Shown one piece after another: positions 28,480 to 36,822 of a DNA stretch of 45,930 bases. The stretch covers positions 1 to 45,930 of the IMG/VR virus record IMGVR_UViG_3300017766_002452. One strand, 5' to 3'. The stretch is from a virus (lineage: Duplodnaviria > Caudoviricetes). The translations under genes were made by a program, and so were the position numbers. Each line of letters starts with the position of its first letter. Position 1 is the stretch's first letter. The notes under the pieces were generated by a model, which did not search any database, had not been told where the DNA came from, and worked only from the letters and a program-made list of their open reading frames with translations.

Positions 28480-28825
28480 CTTGGACCTTCTTCTCAAGTT
28501 TGGCTTGCTCCACCGACAGGGCGATGGCCATCTGCGGGTCAATCCGCAGAAGCTCGTCGAGCAGCTCAATCCCAAGGGCACGGCGACCGGCTTCGTAGTC
28601 CTGTCGGCCTTGTTGTGCGTGGAAGGCTGCGCGGTAAATGCCAGCGCGGGCCAGCACTGTAAAGAAATATCTCACGAAGGCGGGATTGCTGACCAAGCTC
28701 TCGGCATCGAGCGAGGCCTGCATGGCCAGCGCACCGGCCCGGCGCTTCTCCGCCTCGCGCGCCTTCTCCTCAGCGTCGACCCTGCTGTCGTCGAACTCGT
28801 CGAACCCGATCTGCTCTCGGCTCAT
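28466..28825 (-). CDS. Bbp19-like head-module protein
   Basis: F.RYF..VL..AGI....F...EAGRRALG..L pattern, between portal and scaffold. Confidence 0.75.
   Translation of the reverse strand: MSREQIGFDEFDDSRVDAEEKAREAEKRRAGALAMQASLDAESLVSNPAFVRYFFTVLARAGIYRAAFHAQQGRQDYEAGRRALGIELLDELLRIDPQMAIALSVEQAKLEKKVQDENP
28635..28663 (-). promoter_or_regulatory. candidate sigma70-type promoter for scaffold/capsid
   Basis: TTTACA-17-CATTTA inside an AT-rich codon patch. Confidence 0.35.
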
Positions 28826-28826
28826 C

Positions 28827-30551
28827 CTACACCCCCGGTCGCGGCATCAGGCGATCCAGCATCGGCTGGCCGCCCACGTCTGTCTCGGACAGCAGGCGGG
28901 CGGCCTCGGCCCCCTGCGCCATCGCGGGCATCATGGCGGCCTGCTGCTGCTGGGCGGCCTGCTGGGCACGGGCGTCGCGAGCGGCCGACACGTCGTCCTC
29001 CGACCGCATCAGGCGCGCAGGCGCGCCGAGGCGGTTGGTGTACTCGTCGAGGATCATGTCGAAGTCCGGCTTGTCCGTGATCTGCGGGTAGACGCCAGCG
29101 ATGTTGCCGATGAAGCCGAGCGCCCGCTCCATCGTGCCCAGCCCGATCATCTTCTGGGCCTGCGCGAGGATCGAAATGAACTCCAGCCCGATCTCCTTGC
29201 CGTTCATCGACGGCGGGACCGGCGGGAGCATCTGGGCCTTGGACAGGATGTCGAAGGCCTGCAGCACGATCACCGAGAGCTTCTCGATCTGGACGCGGTC
29301 GACCACCGGGCCGAGCTGGCCCAGCTGCTCCTCGTGGCGGCGCACGATCTCCTCGACGTTGCGCGGCTGGACGCCCGGCATCCCGCGCGTGATGGCGAGG
29401 AACAGGGGTTCGAACAGGGCCTCGCGGATCGCAGGCTCGGTGCGCTCCTGCATATCGCGTGCCATCCACTGGAGCGCCCCGGCGTTGATCTCGTAGATCG
29501 GCCCGGCCCGGCCGCCAGCGTCGGTCGTGGTGGTGTAGGTCAGGCCGCCGGGGATCAGGTTCGCACCCCGGTTCATATCGCCGACGCTCATCTGGAGCGG
29601 CGGGCGCACCAGATAGTCCTGCGCCTGCTGGAACCGCAGCTCCTGAAGCTGGAGCTTGCGGCTGTCGGGCAGGGCGTCGAAGGCGGGGCCAGCCGAGTAC
29701 GGGTCGGAGCCCATGCTCTCCCAGCGCGGGGTGAAGAAGGGCTTCCGGTCGAAGCCCTCGAAGGCGAGGATGCCCGCCTTGTCCGAGCCCGGCTCCCAGT
29801 AGATGGAGCGGTAGGGCTTGTTGGTGCGGTCGATCTTGCCGTACTCGCGCTCAAGGTTCGGCTCGATGGCGTGCATCACCTCCACCGAGGTGTGGAAGTT
29901 GCCGCTGTCGAACAGCCTGCGCGCGGCCTTCGACAGGGCGTCGTAGCCGAACTTGGCCTTCATCTGGCCGACCGTCATGGCGGTCGTGCGGTAGAGCGTG
30001 TCGATCCGCAGGCCGTAGTCCTGACCGAACCAGTACTCGCCCCACGTCAGGGGGTAGGCGACGGCCCCGTACTTCCAGTCGGGGACGAACAGGCCAGCCT
30101 CGGAGCCGGACCACATCAGCTCTTTGTAGCCCGCCTGCATCGCCTGATAGATGTTGGTCTGGGCGAGGAAGTCGTAGAGCTGGTTCTGGACGTCGTCGAG
30201 CCAGACCTTCACCTCGTGGAAGGCCATCAGCTCCTTGTCTTGGAGCTTCAGCTTGAACCACGGCTGACTGGGGGACGACATCCCGCTCGACATCCCGTTG
30301 GTGCCGGTGCGAAGGGCGCGGCCAGCGGTCGAGTTGTAGAGCCGGTTGTTGGCGCGCATCGTGCGCTGGCCGGACAGGCTGCCGTTCTGACTACCGACCT
30401 GCGATGTGCGGCCGACATAGGGCGGCAGGACGCGCAGGGTGTAGCGAGCCGCCTCCTCGTTCGGCGTCTCCCACGGGCGGCGCAGGTTCGCCAGACCAGT
30501 CTTGGTGGTCTCCAGCTTCTTGCGAAGCTCCTCGTTGGAAATGGCGGCCAT
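28827..30551 (-). CDS. portal (head-tail connector) protein
   Basis: GM.SGMSSPSQPWF, HAIEPN, SIYWE, PRW...G.D.Y, E.L..LGPV..R...E.L and ISILAQAQK motifs. Confidence 0.93.
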   Translation of the reverse strand: MAAISNEELRKKLETTKTGLANLRRPWETPNEEAARYTLRVLPPYVGRTSQVGSQNGSLSGQRTMRANNRLYNSTAGRALRTGTNGMSSGMSSPSQPWFKLKLQDKELMAFHEVKVWLDDVQNQLYDFLAQTNIYQAMQAGYKELMWSGSEAGLFVPDWKYGAVAYPLTWGEYWFGQDYGLRIDTLYRTTAMTVGQMKAKFGYDALSKAARRLFDSGNFHTSVEVMHAIEPNLEREYGKIDRTNKPYRSIYWEPGSDKAGILAFEGFDRKPFFTPRWESMGSDPYSAGPAFDALPDSRKLQLQELRFQQAQDYLVRPPLQMSVGDMNRGANLIPGGLTYTTTTDAGGRAGPIYEINAGALQWMARDMQERTEPAIREALFEPLFLAITRGMPGVQPRNVEEIVRRHEEQLGQLGPVVDRVQIEKLSVIVLQAFDILSKAQMLPPVPPSMNGKEIGLEFISILAQAQKMIGLGTMERALGFIGNIAGVYPQITDKPDFDMILDEYTNRLGAPARLMRSEDDVSAARDARAQQAAQQQQAAMMPAMAQGAEAARLLSETDVGGQPMLDRLMPRPGV

Positions 30552-30731
30552 CTAGCAGGTTCCCGGCGGGTGGACGTACAGTCGGTGACAGGCGGCGCAG
30601 GTGCCGAGCTGGCGAGCGGTGGGCTCTGGGCGGTTACAGACGCCGGAGCAGCCGATCAGCTCGCCGTCGCCCGCGATGACCAGCGCGACCTCGTCCGGGG
30701 TCAGGTCGGTGAGGATCGCGGCGGCGTCCAT
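30552..30731 (-). CDS. small Cys-rich protein (59 aa)
   Basis: TGATG-coupled; MDAAAIL...CSGVC...CAACH...C. Confidence 0.6.
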   Translation of the reverse strand: MDAAAILTDLTPDEVALVIAGDGELIGCSGVCNRPEPTARQLGTCAACHRLYVHPPGTC

Positions 30732-30919
30732 CAGGCCCCCAGAACAGCCTTGCCGGTGGTGGAGACAGCGCCCATCCCGCCGGGCGGGGTCGTAATCATC
30801 GAGGCGAGCGTCGACCGCTTCCTCGCGTTGGCGTCCATGCGCGCTGCGTCCGGGGCGTCCGGCATCCTCGGCGCGTTGCGCGGTCCGGGGGTCGCAGGGG
30901 CTTTCGGGATCAGGCACAT
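30731..30919 (-). CDS. small pre-portal protein
   Basis: MC...P-rich...ITT..GG...KAVLG pattern typical of the gene before the portal in these podoviruses. Confidence 0.7.
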   Translation of the reverse strand: MCLIPKAPATPGPRNAPRMPDAPDAARMDANARKRSTLASMITTPPGGMGAVSTTGKAVLGA

Positions 30920-30921
30920 GG

Positions 30922-32487
30922 TCACATTCCTGCGTACGGGTCGTAGTCGGTCTGGACCCCCGCATAGGGGTCGTGTTCTCCGCCTGCCTTTACAGCCATC
31001 AGGTCTCGCAAGCTAGTGGGCACGCGGACCGGCTGGACCGGCATGGCGAACGTCAGGGCGAGGGCGTCGCCGTGGTCGGGAGAGGGCAGGCCGCGCTTCT
31101 TCATCGCCTCCTTCTTCTCCAGCATGATCGCGTTGTCCTCGGTGAACCCGTACTCGCGGGTCGTGAGGTCGATCTCCAGCAGGTCATCGTCCGGCGGCAG
31201 CGCCCCCAGCTTCAGCCACTCGCGCATCGAGACCCACATCGAGGCGGCGTGGTTGCCGGTGCGCGCCTCCATGCCGTTGAAGCGGGCGATCCCGCCCTTG
31301 GCCCCGAAGTTGACGGCGTAGACGTTGGGCACCCGCATCTGGATCAGGCGGTCGTAGACGCCGACCCCCATGCCGCCGATGTCGACGAACAGGGCGTCCG
31401 GCTTCATTTCCATGCACCACTGGGCGACCTCCCCGGCGAGGAACATGGTGTCCACCCCGCGCCAGACCTTCTTCGGGATCGAGGCGGCGTCCCGGCCGCG
31501 CCGGGCGTGCAGCACCGAGGCGTCATCGCCGAAGCGGGCGATGTCGAGACCGGCCACCAGCGGATCGGAGGGGATGTGTTCCGCCTTCCGGGCGCGGGCG
31601 TTCATCACGTCCTCGGTCGAGATCAGCTGGGTGGTGCCGACGCGAGGGAAGACGCCCCTGATCCGCACTCGGACGAAGTCGCTGTCCTCGCCCCACGCCG
31701 TGACCATGTCGGCCAGCTCGGCCTTGTTGGTGCGCTTGACCTTGCGGCTGTCGATCTGGCGCACGTTCCAGCTGCCGCGCAGGCGACCGGCGACGATGTC
31801 CTTGAAGCGCCCGACGTTCTTCGTGGGGTTGCCGTAGACCAGATAGATGATCTCGGTCCCCTCGCCGCCGTCGGTCATCGCCCCCTCGACCGTGTCCCAG
31901 ATCGGGTCCTCGATCTCGGAGGCCTCGTCGATGATGACCAGCAGGCGCTTGCCGTCGTTATGCGACCCGGCGAAGGCGGCGGGGTTCTTCGGGTTGTTCG
32001 GGATGGCGTCGATGCGCCACGTCGAGGGGCGCTCCTTGGACCTGAAGCCCGAGGCGGTCAGCTCGAAGAAGTCGGAGGCGACCGGGTGGGCCTCGCACAG
32101 CAGGCTCCACCACTTCGCGACCTCGGCCCACGTCTTGGTGCGTAGCTGGGTGTCGGAGTTGGCCGTGATGACGCCGCGCGTGTCGACGCCGGTCATGCCC
32201 GCCCAGAGGATGACTATCGAGGTCTGGGCCGACTTGCCGATCCCGTGGCCGGAGGCGGTCGCGCCACGGTACGGGCGGCCGGGGTTGGAGCGGATGTGGT
32301 CGCCGATGCTCTCCAGCTGCTCGCGCTGCCACTCGTCCGGGCCGCTCTCCTTCTCCAGCGACGAGCCCTCGACGCCCCACGGGAAGGCCCACATGGCGAA
32401 GCCGTATGGGTCGTCCGCCAGCTCGACGAGCGCGTCAGCGAAGGCCTGCTGGGCCTCCTCGTGGGTCAGATCGGTCGGGGCTTTCAT
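30922..32487 (-). CDS. terL: terminase large subunit
   Basis: Walker A SGHGIGKS, Walker B IIDEAS, nuclease GLDIARFGDD, SPDHGDALA. Confidence 0.95.
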   Translation of the reverse strand: MKAPTDLTHEEAQQAFADALVELADDPYGFAMWAFPWGVEGSSLEKESGPDEWQREQLESIGDHIRSNPGRPYRGATASGHGIGKSAQTSIVILWAGMTGVDTRGVITANSDTQLRTKTWAEVAKWWSLLCEAHPVASDFFELTASGFRSKERPSTWRIDAIPNNPKNPAAFAGSHNDGKRLLVIIDEASEIEDPIWDTVEGAMTDGGEGTEIIYLVYGNPTKNVGRFKDIVAGRLRGSWNVRQIDSRKVKRTNKAELADMVTAWGEDSDFVRVRIRGVFPRVGTTQLISTEDVMNARARKAEHIPSDPLVAGLDIARFGDDASVLHARRGRDAASIPKKVWRGVDTMFLAGEVAQWCMEMKPDALFVDIGGMGVGVYDRLIQMRVPNVYAVNFGAKGGIARFNGMEARTGNHAASMWVSMREWLKLGALPPDDDLLEIDLTTREYGFTEDNAIMLEKKEAMKKRGLPSPDHGDALALTFAMPVQPVRVPTSLRDLMAVKAGGEHDPYAGVQTDYDPYAGM

Positions 32488-32498
32488 CAGGGCTTTCG

Positions 32499-32687
32499 TC
32501 AGGCCTTGTTGCCCGTTGGGGCAGACGGTGACTGGGGCTGGCGGTTCACCGGGGGTGCGCCGCGCTCCAGCAGATAATGCGTCGCGCTGAAGGCTGTGTG
32601 GACCCGCCAACCCTCGGCGACCTTGGCGTCGCGGGCTGCGGCCATGCCCTCGGCAGTGGCGGTCAGGTCTTCGTACTCAAGAGCCAT
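32499..32687 (-). CDS. hypothetical protein
   Basis: Coupled operon member. Confidence 0.6.
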   Translation of the reverse strand: MALEYEDLTATAEGMAAARDAKVAEGWRVHTAFSATHYLLERGAPPVNRQPQSPSAPTGNKA

Positions 32688-32877
32688 AGCGCACCCACTC
32701 GGCGAAGTCGGCCAGCGCGTCGGCCACGCCGCCGATCAGATCGGCCAGCCGGTCGCGCCACGGCAGGTCTTGAGCTGGCCTGTCACCGTAGAATAGCTCC
32801 GTCAGGAACCGCTGGTCGAACTGCTCTCCCATTTCGGCAGCCTTGGCGCGGAACGTCTCGGGGTCAGGAATGGCCAT
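32677..32877 (-). CDS. hypothetical protein with capsid-helix-like segment
   Basis: GGAGG SD; MAIPDPETFRAKAAEMGEQFDQRFLTELFYGD... Confidence 0.65.
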   Translation of the reverse strand: MAIPDPETFRAKAAEMGEQFDQRFLTELFYGDRPAQDLPWRDRLADLIGGVADALADFAEWVRYGS

Positions 32878-33076
32878 CACACACCTCCGCGAACCGCACC
32901 CCGGCCAGTCTGGCCCGGCGCGCTGCAGGCTCGTCCATACCACCGGGCATGAGCAGGACCAAGTCGACGTCTCTGGGGGCGGTGTCGGGCGGCATCAGGA
33001 ACAGCTCGCCGTGCCAGAGGGCGAGGCGCTTGAGGTGGGACTGGGGATCGCCGGGGCCGAGGACGAGGACGTTCAC
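32864..33076 (-). CDS. short SLOG/DUF2493-like protein
   Basis: DLVLLMPGG....ARRARLAGV..EV resembles the SLOG C-terminus; GTGA-coupled. Confidence 0.45.
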   Translation of the reverse strand: MNVLVLGPGDPQSHLKRLALWHGELFLMPPDTAPRDVDLVLLMPGGMDEPAARRARLAGVRFAEVCDGHS

Positions 33077-33384
33077 AGCTCGCGACCCTCGAAGTCCCAT
33101 ACCGTGACCCAGATCGAGGACGGGTCTTCGACCGGGAGGGGCTGGACGTCGTATCGGGGCAGCAGGCCCTCAAACTGGCGTAGCTCTGCGTCTGGGTCGC
33201 CCTTCCAGACACCCTCCCAGAAGCGGTCCACGACCCTGCCGACAACGCGATCCTCCCACTGGGCGCGCAGGGCCAGCAGCTGCCGATACCGCTCGGCTGG
33301 CGACATCGGCAGCTCGGTCGGCGCAGGCATCGCGGCCGACAGCGCCAGCGCCCCGGCTCCACGGAACAGGTCTCTGCGGTTCAT
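33073..33384 (-). CDS. protein with twin-arginine-like signal peptide
   Basis: MNRRDLFRGAGALALSAAMPA; AAGGAG SD. Confidence 0.65.
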   Translation of the reverse strand: MNRRDLFRGAGALALSAAMPAPTELPMSPAERYRQLLALRAQWEDRVVGRVVDRFWEGVWKGDPDAELRQFEGLLPRYDVQPLPVEDPSSIWVTVWDFEGREL

Positions 33385-33581
33385 GTCGTCTCCTTCAGCA
33401 CATACCGTCCGCTGCGCCCACCGCCGCCCTCGGTCTTGATGTCGTAGCCTTCCTGCCGCAGCCGCCAGATGTTGGCGTTCAGGGCGTGCCGGGACTGGCA
33501 CAGGCCGGACCAGTCGTCGCCGGGCAGCGGCCCGGCCCGCAGGCGGGCGAGCAGCTTGTCCCTCACTCCGTTCTTCCTCAC
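33381..33581 (-). CDS. small winged-HTH protein
   Basis: SRHALNANIWRLRQEGYDI...G.Y.L wHTH pattern. Confidence 0.65.
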   Translation of the reverse strand: MRKNGVRDKLLARLRAGPLPGDDWSGLCQSRHALNANIWRLRQEGYDIKTEGGGGRSGRYVLKETT

Positions 33582-33847
33582 AGGCCTGTTCCTTCCCACA
33601 TTTCTCGCCGGGTGATGGCGACCTCGCCGCTGTCCTGCCGGGTCAGGTGCCACTGGCGACACCCGCAGCAGGCGTAGGGCCAGAGGCGGTCGGTCTTCTC
33701 GCCGCCGTGGAGGCGGCTGGGCTCGGGATTGGCCAGACGGTCCCGGCCGACCCGCCGGGCGTCACGCTCCGAGCCGTAGCGGGCCTTGATGTGACACTTC
33801 CCCTTGAGCCACGGGTCGTTGGCGGCGCGGATCAGCTTGCGTTTCAT
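33578..33847 (-). CDS. hypothetical Zn-binding protein
   Basis: C..K.RY...A and YAC..C..WHLT motifs. Confidence 0.7.
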   Translation of the reverse strand: MKRKLIRAANDPWLKGKCHIKARYGSERDARRVGRDRLANPEPSRLHGGEKTDRLWPYACCGCRQWHLTRQDSGEVAITRREMWEGTGL

Positions 33848-34086
33848 TCCGGGCTCACTGGCAGGTTGCGGGGGTCGAGGCCCTCACCGCCGCAGTCATA
33901 GCAGCGGAACGGCTCGATGACAGGCTCCAGATTGCTCCCGCCGGTCCGGCGGAGGGTGAAGCCGTCGCCGTCGCAGGTGGGGCACATGGTGGCCCCACCG
34001 ACCCGGCGTCCGAAGGAGCGGAGCTTGAGGTCGGCCCGGTTCACGCCGTCGGCCTGTCGGTGGGGGTCGTAGGCCGGGCGGGTCAT
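33844..34086 (-). CDS. DnaJ-type zinc-finger protein
   Basis: CPTCDGDG and CYDCGGEG repeats. Confidence 0.7.
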   Translation of the reverse strand: MTRPAYDPHRQADGVNRADLKLRSFGRRVGGATMCPTCDGDGFTLRRTGGSNLEPVIEPFRCYDCGGEGLDPRNLPVSPE

Positions 34087-34223
34087 CGGGGCCTGCCCGT
34101 GACGGCCGGGAACCGTTCGCCGGAGCCGCCGCAGTTGGGGCAGGCCTTGGTGCCGCCGCTCCACCACCCGCGAGCGGGCACCTGACCGCTGCCGTGGCAG
34201 GTCTTGCAGGGTCTGGTCTTCAC
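34083..34223 (-). CDS. DnaJ-type zinc-finger microprotein (46 aa)
   Basis: CKTCHGSG and CPNCGGSG; GTGA-coupled. Confidence 0.7.
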   Translation of the reverse strand: MKTRPCKTCHGSGQVPARGWWSGGTKACPNCGGSGERFPAVTGRPR

Positions 34224-34372
34224 GACGGGGCTCCACGAGCGCGCCAGTGCCAGAGCAGGCGGTCGAGGGTGCCCAGCTCGATGCCGAGGCGGCGCTCCAT
34301 CCCGGCCAGTGTCCAGCCGAGGCCGAGCTTGCGCCAGCACAAGGCCAGCGTAGCGTCAGAAGGGGTTGTCAT
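34220..34372 (-). CDS. small HTH-like protein (50 aa)
   Basis: Strong AGGAG SD; MTTPSDATLALCWRKLGLGWTLAGMERRLGIELGTLDRLLW... Confidence 0.65.
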   Translation of the reverse strand: MTTPSDATLALCWRKLGLGWTLAGMERRLGIELGTLDRLLWHWRARGAPS

Positions 34373-34439
34373 TCGTCTCTCCTCTCCCGGTCCGACACCG
34401 GGCGTCTGCTATCTGGCACGGGCGAAGGTGATCTGTCCA
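34373..34439 (-). promoter_or_regulatory. promoter-hairpin-SD module, copy 1
   Basis: TGGACA-17-CCAGAT-8-CCCGG TGTCGGA CCGGG-AGAGGAG...ATG. Confidence 0.65.
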
Positions 34440-34624
34440 CCGTCGTCCACAGCCTCCCACGAGAACCGCTTCAGGGCGAGGCCGGGCTTCTTGACCCGGT
34501 CCTTCATCCACCGCTCGCTCCGGCCCTTCTCACCGGCCCGGACCGGGTCGCGGCAGGGGTGCGGCGGCCCCAGTGGCGTCACGATGAACGGCACCGAGAG
34601 CGACGTGGCGTTGGGGGCGCTCAT
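34409..34624 (-). CDS. hypothetical protein
   Basis: ATGA-coupled. Confidence 0.55.
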   Translation of the reverse strand: MSAPNATSLSVPFIVTPLGPPHPCRDPVRAGEKGRSERWMKDRVKKPGLALKRFSWEAVDDGGQITFARAR

Positions 34625-34815
34625 CGCATCCCGTCCCGCAGGTCGCGGAGGCGGGCCAGCATGAAGCTGGTGCCCTTCTCGGAGCTGTGACCACTGCCGA
34701 TGCTCGACAGGTTGTCGATCATGGCGTCGAGGACGGCGTTGACGACCGCGCCGGGAACGCGCCCCCCATCCATCGCCCTGTCGGCGGCCCTCACCAGCCT
34801 CTGCTTCTCAATCAT
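34621..34815 (-). CDS. hypothetical protein
   Basis: Overlaps the terS stop; purine-rich SD. Confidence 0.6.
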   Translation of the reverse strand: MIEKQRLVRAADRAMDGGRVPGAVVNAVLDAMIDNLSSIGSGHSSEKGTSFMLARLRDLRDGMR

Positions 34816-35401
34816 CCTTCTTCTCCCTTGCTCGACGCAGCCGCTCTCGGGCCTGCGCCATCTTGCCCATGAGGCCGTCCGTGACGGTGACCTCGATCTT
34901 CTCGGTGAGCATCCCGTGGTGCTTCGCCAGCAGGGCCAGCGCCGCCATCTTGTGCGGGGCCTTGGCCTTCACCCGGCGTACCTCTCGGGCGTCGTCTCCC
35001 CGGCCGTCCATGTAGTCCTCGATCACCAGCTCCCCGATGGCCGCCATGTCGTCCTCGGTGGCCATCGACAGGTCGATGTAGGGCTCGCCCCGAGGGGTGA
35101 TGTGCGTGATCGACTTGATGTTGAACCGGGCCAGCCGGGCGATCTCGGCCAGCGTCTCATCGGCCCCCATGTGCAGGGCCTTGAACTTGGATCGACGCAA
35201 GTAATCGACACGGGCCGCTACATTAGGTTTTGCTATGAGCTGGCACGCGCCGACAGTCGCGGCCTTGCCCGGCTTGTACCCTGCCCGGATGTAGGCCTGC
35301 GTGGCGTTCATGTCCTTCAGGTACTCGATGCAGAACGCCTCGTGCCGGTCGTTGGCGAGCGGCTCCGATCCTGCCTCTGGTGCTGTGGTGGTCTGGGTCA
35401 T
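34808..35401 (-). CDS. terS: terminase small subunit
   Basis: F..EYL.D.NATQAYIRAGY, L.EIARLA and K..AL..L.KH.GM motifs. ATG 35401 lacks an SD but follows TGCTATAGG (possibly leaderless). Confidence 0.92.
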   Translation of the reverse strand: MTQTTTAPEAGSEPLANDRHEAFCIEYLKDMNATQAYIRAGYKPGKAATVGACQLIAKPNVAARVDYLRRSKFKALHMGADETLAEIARLARFNIKSITHITPRGEPYIDLSMATEDDMAAIGELVIEDYMDGRGDDAREVRRVKAKAPHKMAALALLAKHHGMLTEKIEVTVTDGLMGKMAQARERLRRAREKKDD

Positions 35402-35408
35402 GCGAGGC

Positions 35409-35678
35409 CTATAGCACACCGTCGAAGACGAGGACGCCCTCGCACATGATGCGCCAGCAGCAGTGGTTGGGCGGCTCCGCCCATTCCAGCTCGAAGAGCA
35501 GCTGGTCTACGATCACGAGGCCAAGCGGCGCGGCCTCCAGCCTGAAGCTAATCTGGGGCTTGGGCGCGATGTTAATCCGGCACCTGCCCTGCTTGTGGCA
35601 AGCATCGAGGACGAAGCCCTTCTTGCGGTCGAACGCTTCGCGTATCTGGTTCGCTCTCGCCTCCGTGGTCTCGGTCAT
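35409..35678 (-). CDS. hypothetical protein
   Basis: GGAGG SD, ATGA-coupled. Confidence 0.6.
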   Translation of the reverse strand: MTETTEARANQIREAFDRKKGFVLDACHKQGRCRINIAPKPQISFRLEAAPLGLVIVDQLLFELEWAEPPNHCCWRIMCEGVLVFDGVL

Positions 35679-36094
35679 CCGTCCCTCCACCCGTCCCGTC
35701 CGAACGTCCGGCGGTCTTGCATGGCGAAGTTGAAGCCGCCCTCGCCCCCGAACCAGCGCACTGTCGTCTGCTCCGCCTTCGTCTTCGGCCGCACCTTCAC
35801 CCCGGTCTCGCCTTCGACGATGACGGGGTAGCCGAGGTAGGTCCGGACGGAGAGGGTGGTCGCCTTGGCCATGCGCCCCTGCGGGGTGTCGTCCCTCAGC
35901 AGTGTCTCGACGATGGCCTGCGCCTCCATCTTGCCGAGGACCAGCTCGAAGCCGCCCGTGGTGGCCTTGCCCGGCGCTGGCGGGTAGAGTTTCTCGGCGA
36001 CTGAGAGCGCCCCGCGCACATACAGGTGCTGGGCCTGCTGATGGATCAGGACGTCGACCGCTTCGCGGATCACTTCAGAGGGCGCTTCGGCCAT
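35675..36094 (-). CDS. hypothetical protein
   Basis: AAGGAG SD; MAEAPSEVIRE... Confidence 0.7.
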   Translation of the reverse strand: MAEAPSEVIREAVDVLIHQQAQHLYVRGALSVAEKLYPPAPGKATTGGFELVLGKMEAQAIVETLLRDDTPQGRMAKATTLSVRTYLGYPVIVEGETGVKVRPKTKAEQTTVRWFGGEGGFNFAMQDRRTFGRDGWRDG

Positions 36095-36477
36095 TTGTAT
36101 TTCTCCTTGGGCTTCTCGAAGCCACGGTTGTCGATGAGGCCCTTGCCCCGGCGTTGTCGTCTGGCCCACTGGCCGGTCTCTCCGGCTTGGGCCTTGGCCT
36201 TGGTGATCCGGGGCATATCGAGGCCCCGCGTCTTGGCGTCCGAGCAGGGCTTGCGCCAGATCGAACGGTTGGTCAGCTCGTTGGTGCCGGTCAGGGCGAG
36301 GGGGTCGAGGTGTTCGTCGATGGTGCCCTCTCGGGCGTGGTCCAGCTTCCCCCCGCATCCGCAGCCACACAGGCCGTCCTGATCGAGGGCGAGCTGGGCT
36401 CGCTGCTTCGGCGTCAGGGGCTTGCGCTCGACGGTCGAGCGGTCCGGCTCCGGGATGAGGGAGACGTCAGGCTTCAC
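36070..36477 (-). CDS. HNH-like endonuclease upstream of the terminase
   Basis: CGCGCG..., DEHLDPLALTGTNELTN and C..AKT..D motifs (degenerate HNH). Confidence 0.7.
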   Translation of the reverse strand: MKPDVSLIPEPDRSTVERKPLTPKQRAQLALDQDGLCGCGCGGKLDHAREGTIDEHLDPLALTGTNELTNRSIWRKPCSDAKTRGLDMPRITKAKAQAGETGQWARRQRRGKGLIDNRGFEKPKEKYKWPKRPLK

Positions 36478-36758
36478 CGTCCTTCCCCTTTTGCGATGAT
36501 GGCGAGGATGGCGTCGGTCAGCGCCCCGCTATCGTACATCTTCGAGCGCCGACCAGCGTTGTGGATGACCTCGGCTTCTTGCTGAACAACCCGCGCAATC
36601 GCCTCCCGCATCCCATCAGGGGCGGGGGCTGCTGCGAGCATGGCGTCCCACACCGCGCACGGGTGAAACGGCTCGTTAGTGGCCAAGGCAGCCGCGAACA
36701 TCGCCTCTGTCGGCTCTACCGGAACAGTCCGCCACACCGGCTCTAGTCTGGTGGTCAT
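36474..36758 (-). CDS. hypothetical protein with VP.EPT.AM motif
   Basis: VPVEPTEAM...WDAMLAAAP; GGAG SD. Confidence 0.7.
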   Translation of the reverse strand: MTTRLEPVWRTVPVEPTEAMFAAALATNEPFHPCAVWDAMLAAAPAPDGMREAIARVVQQEAEVIHNAGRRSKMYDSGALTDAILAIIAKGEGR

Positions 36759-36776
36759 GGTTGTTCTCCGGTTTCA

Positions 36777-36809
36777 TGGTGCACTTCGCTTCGCTCCGTA
36801 CCGACCGAG
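36777..36809 (-). repeat. GGTACGGA-GCGAAGC intergenic repeat, copy A
   Basis: CTCGGTCGGTACGGAGCGAAGCGAAGTGCACCA. Confidence 0.65.
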
Positions 36810-36822
36810 TTTGCAGTTCTGG

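Noticed and set aside
30985-31025. Sigma54-type promoter at the end of terL
   Set aside because: TTGC is present but the -24 GG is missing.
32477-32505. Hammerhead ribozyme (CTGACGA/CTGATGA and GAAA)
   Set aside because: The core motifs are contiguous with no stem II or III; topology does not fit.
35679-35720. Fifth copy of the promoter-hairpin module (GTTCGGAC before a GGAGG SD)
   Set aside because: Weak stem, altered loop, no -35 box at the conserved spacing, and inside a CDS.
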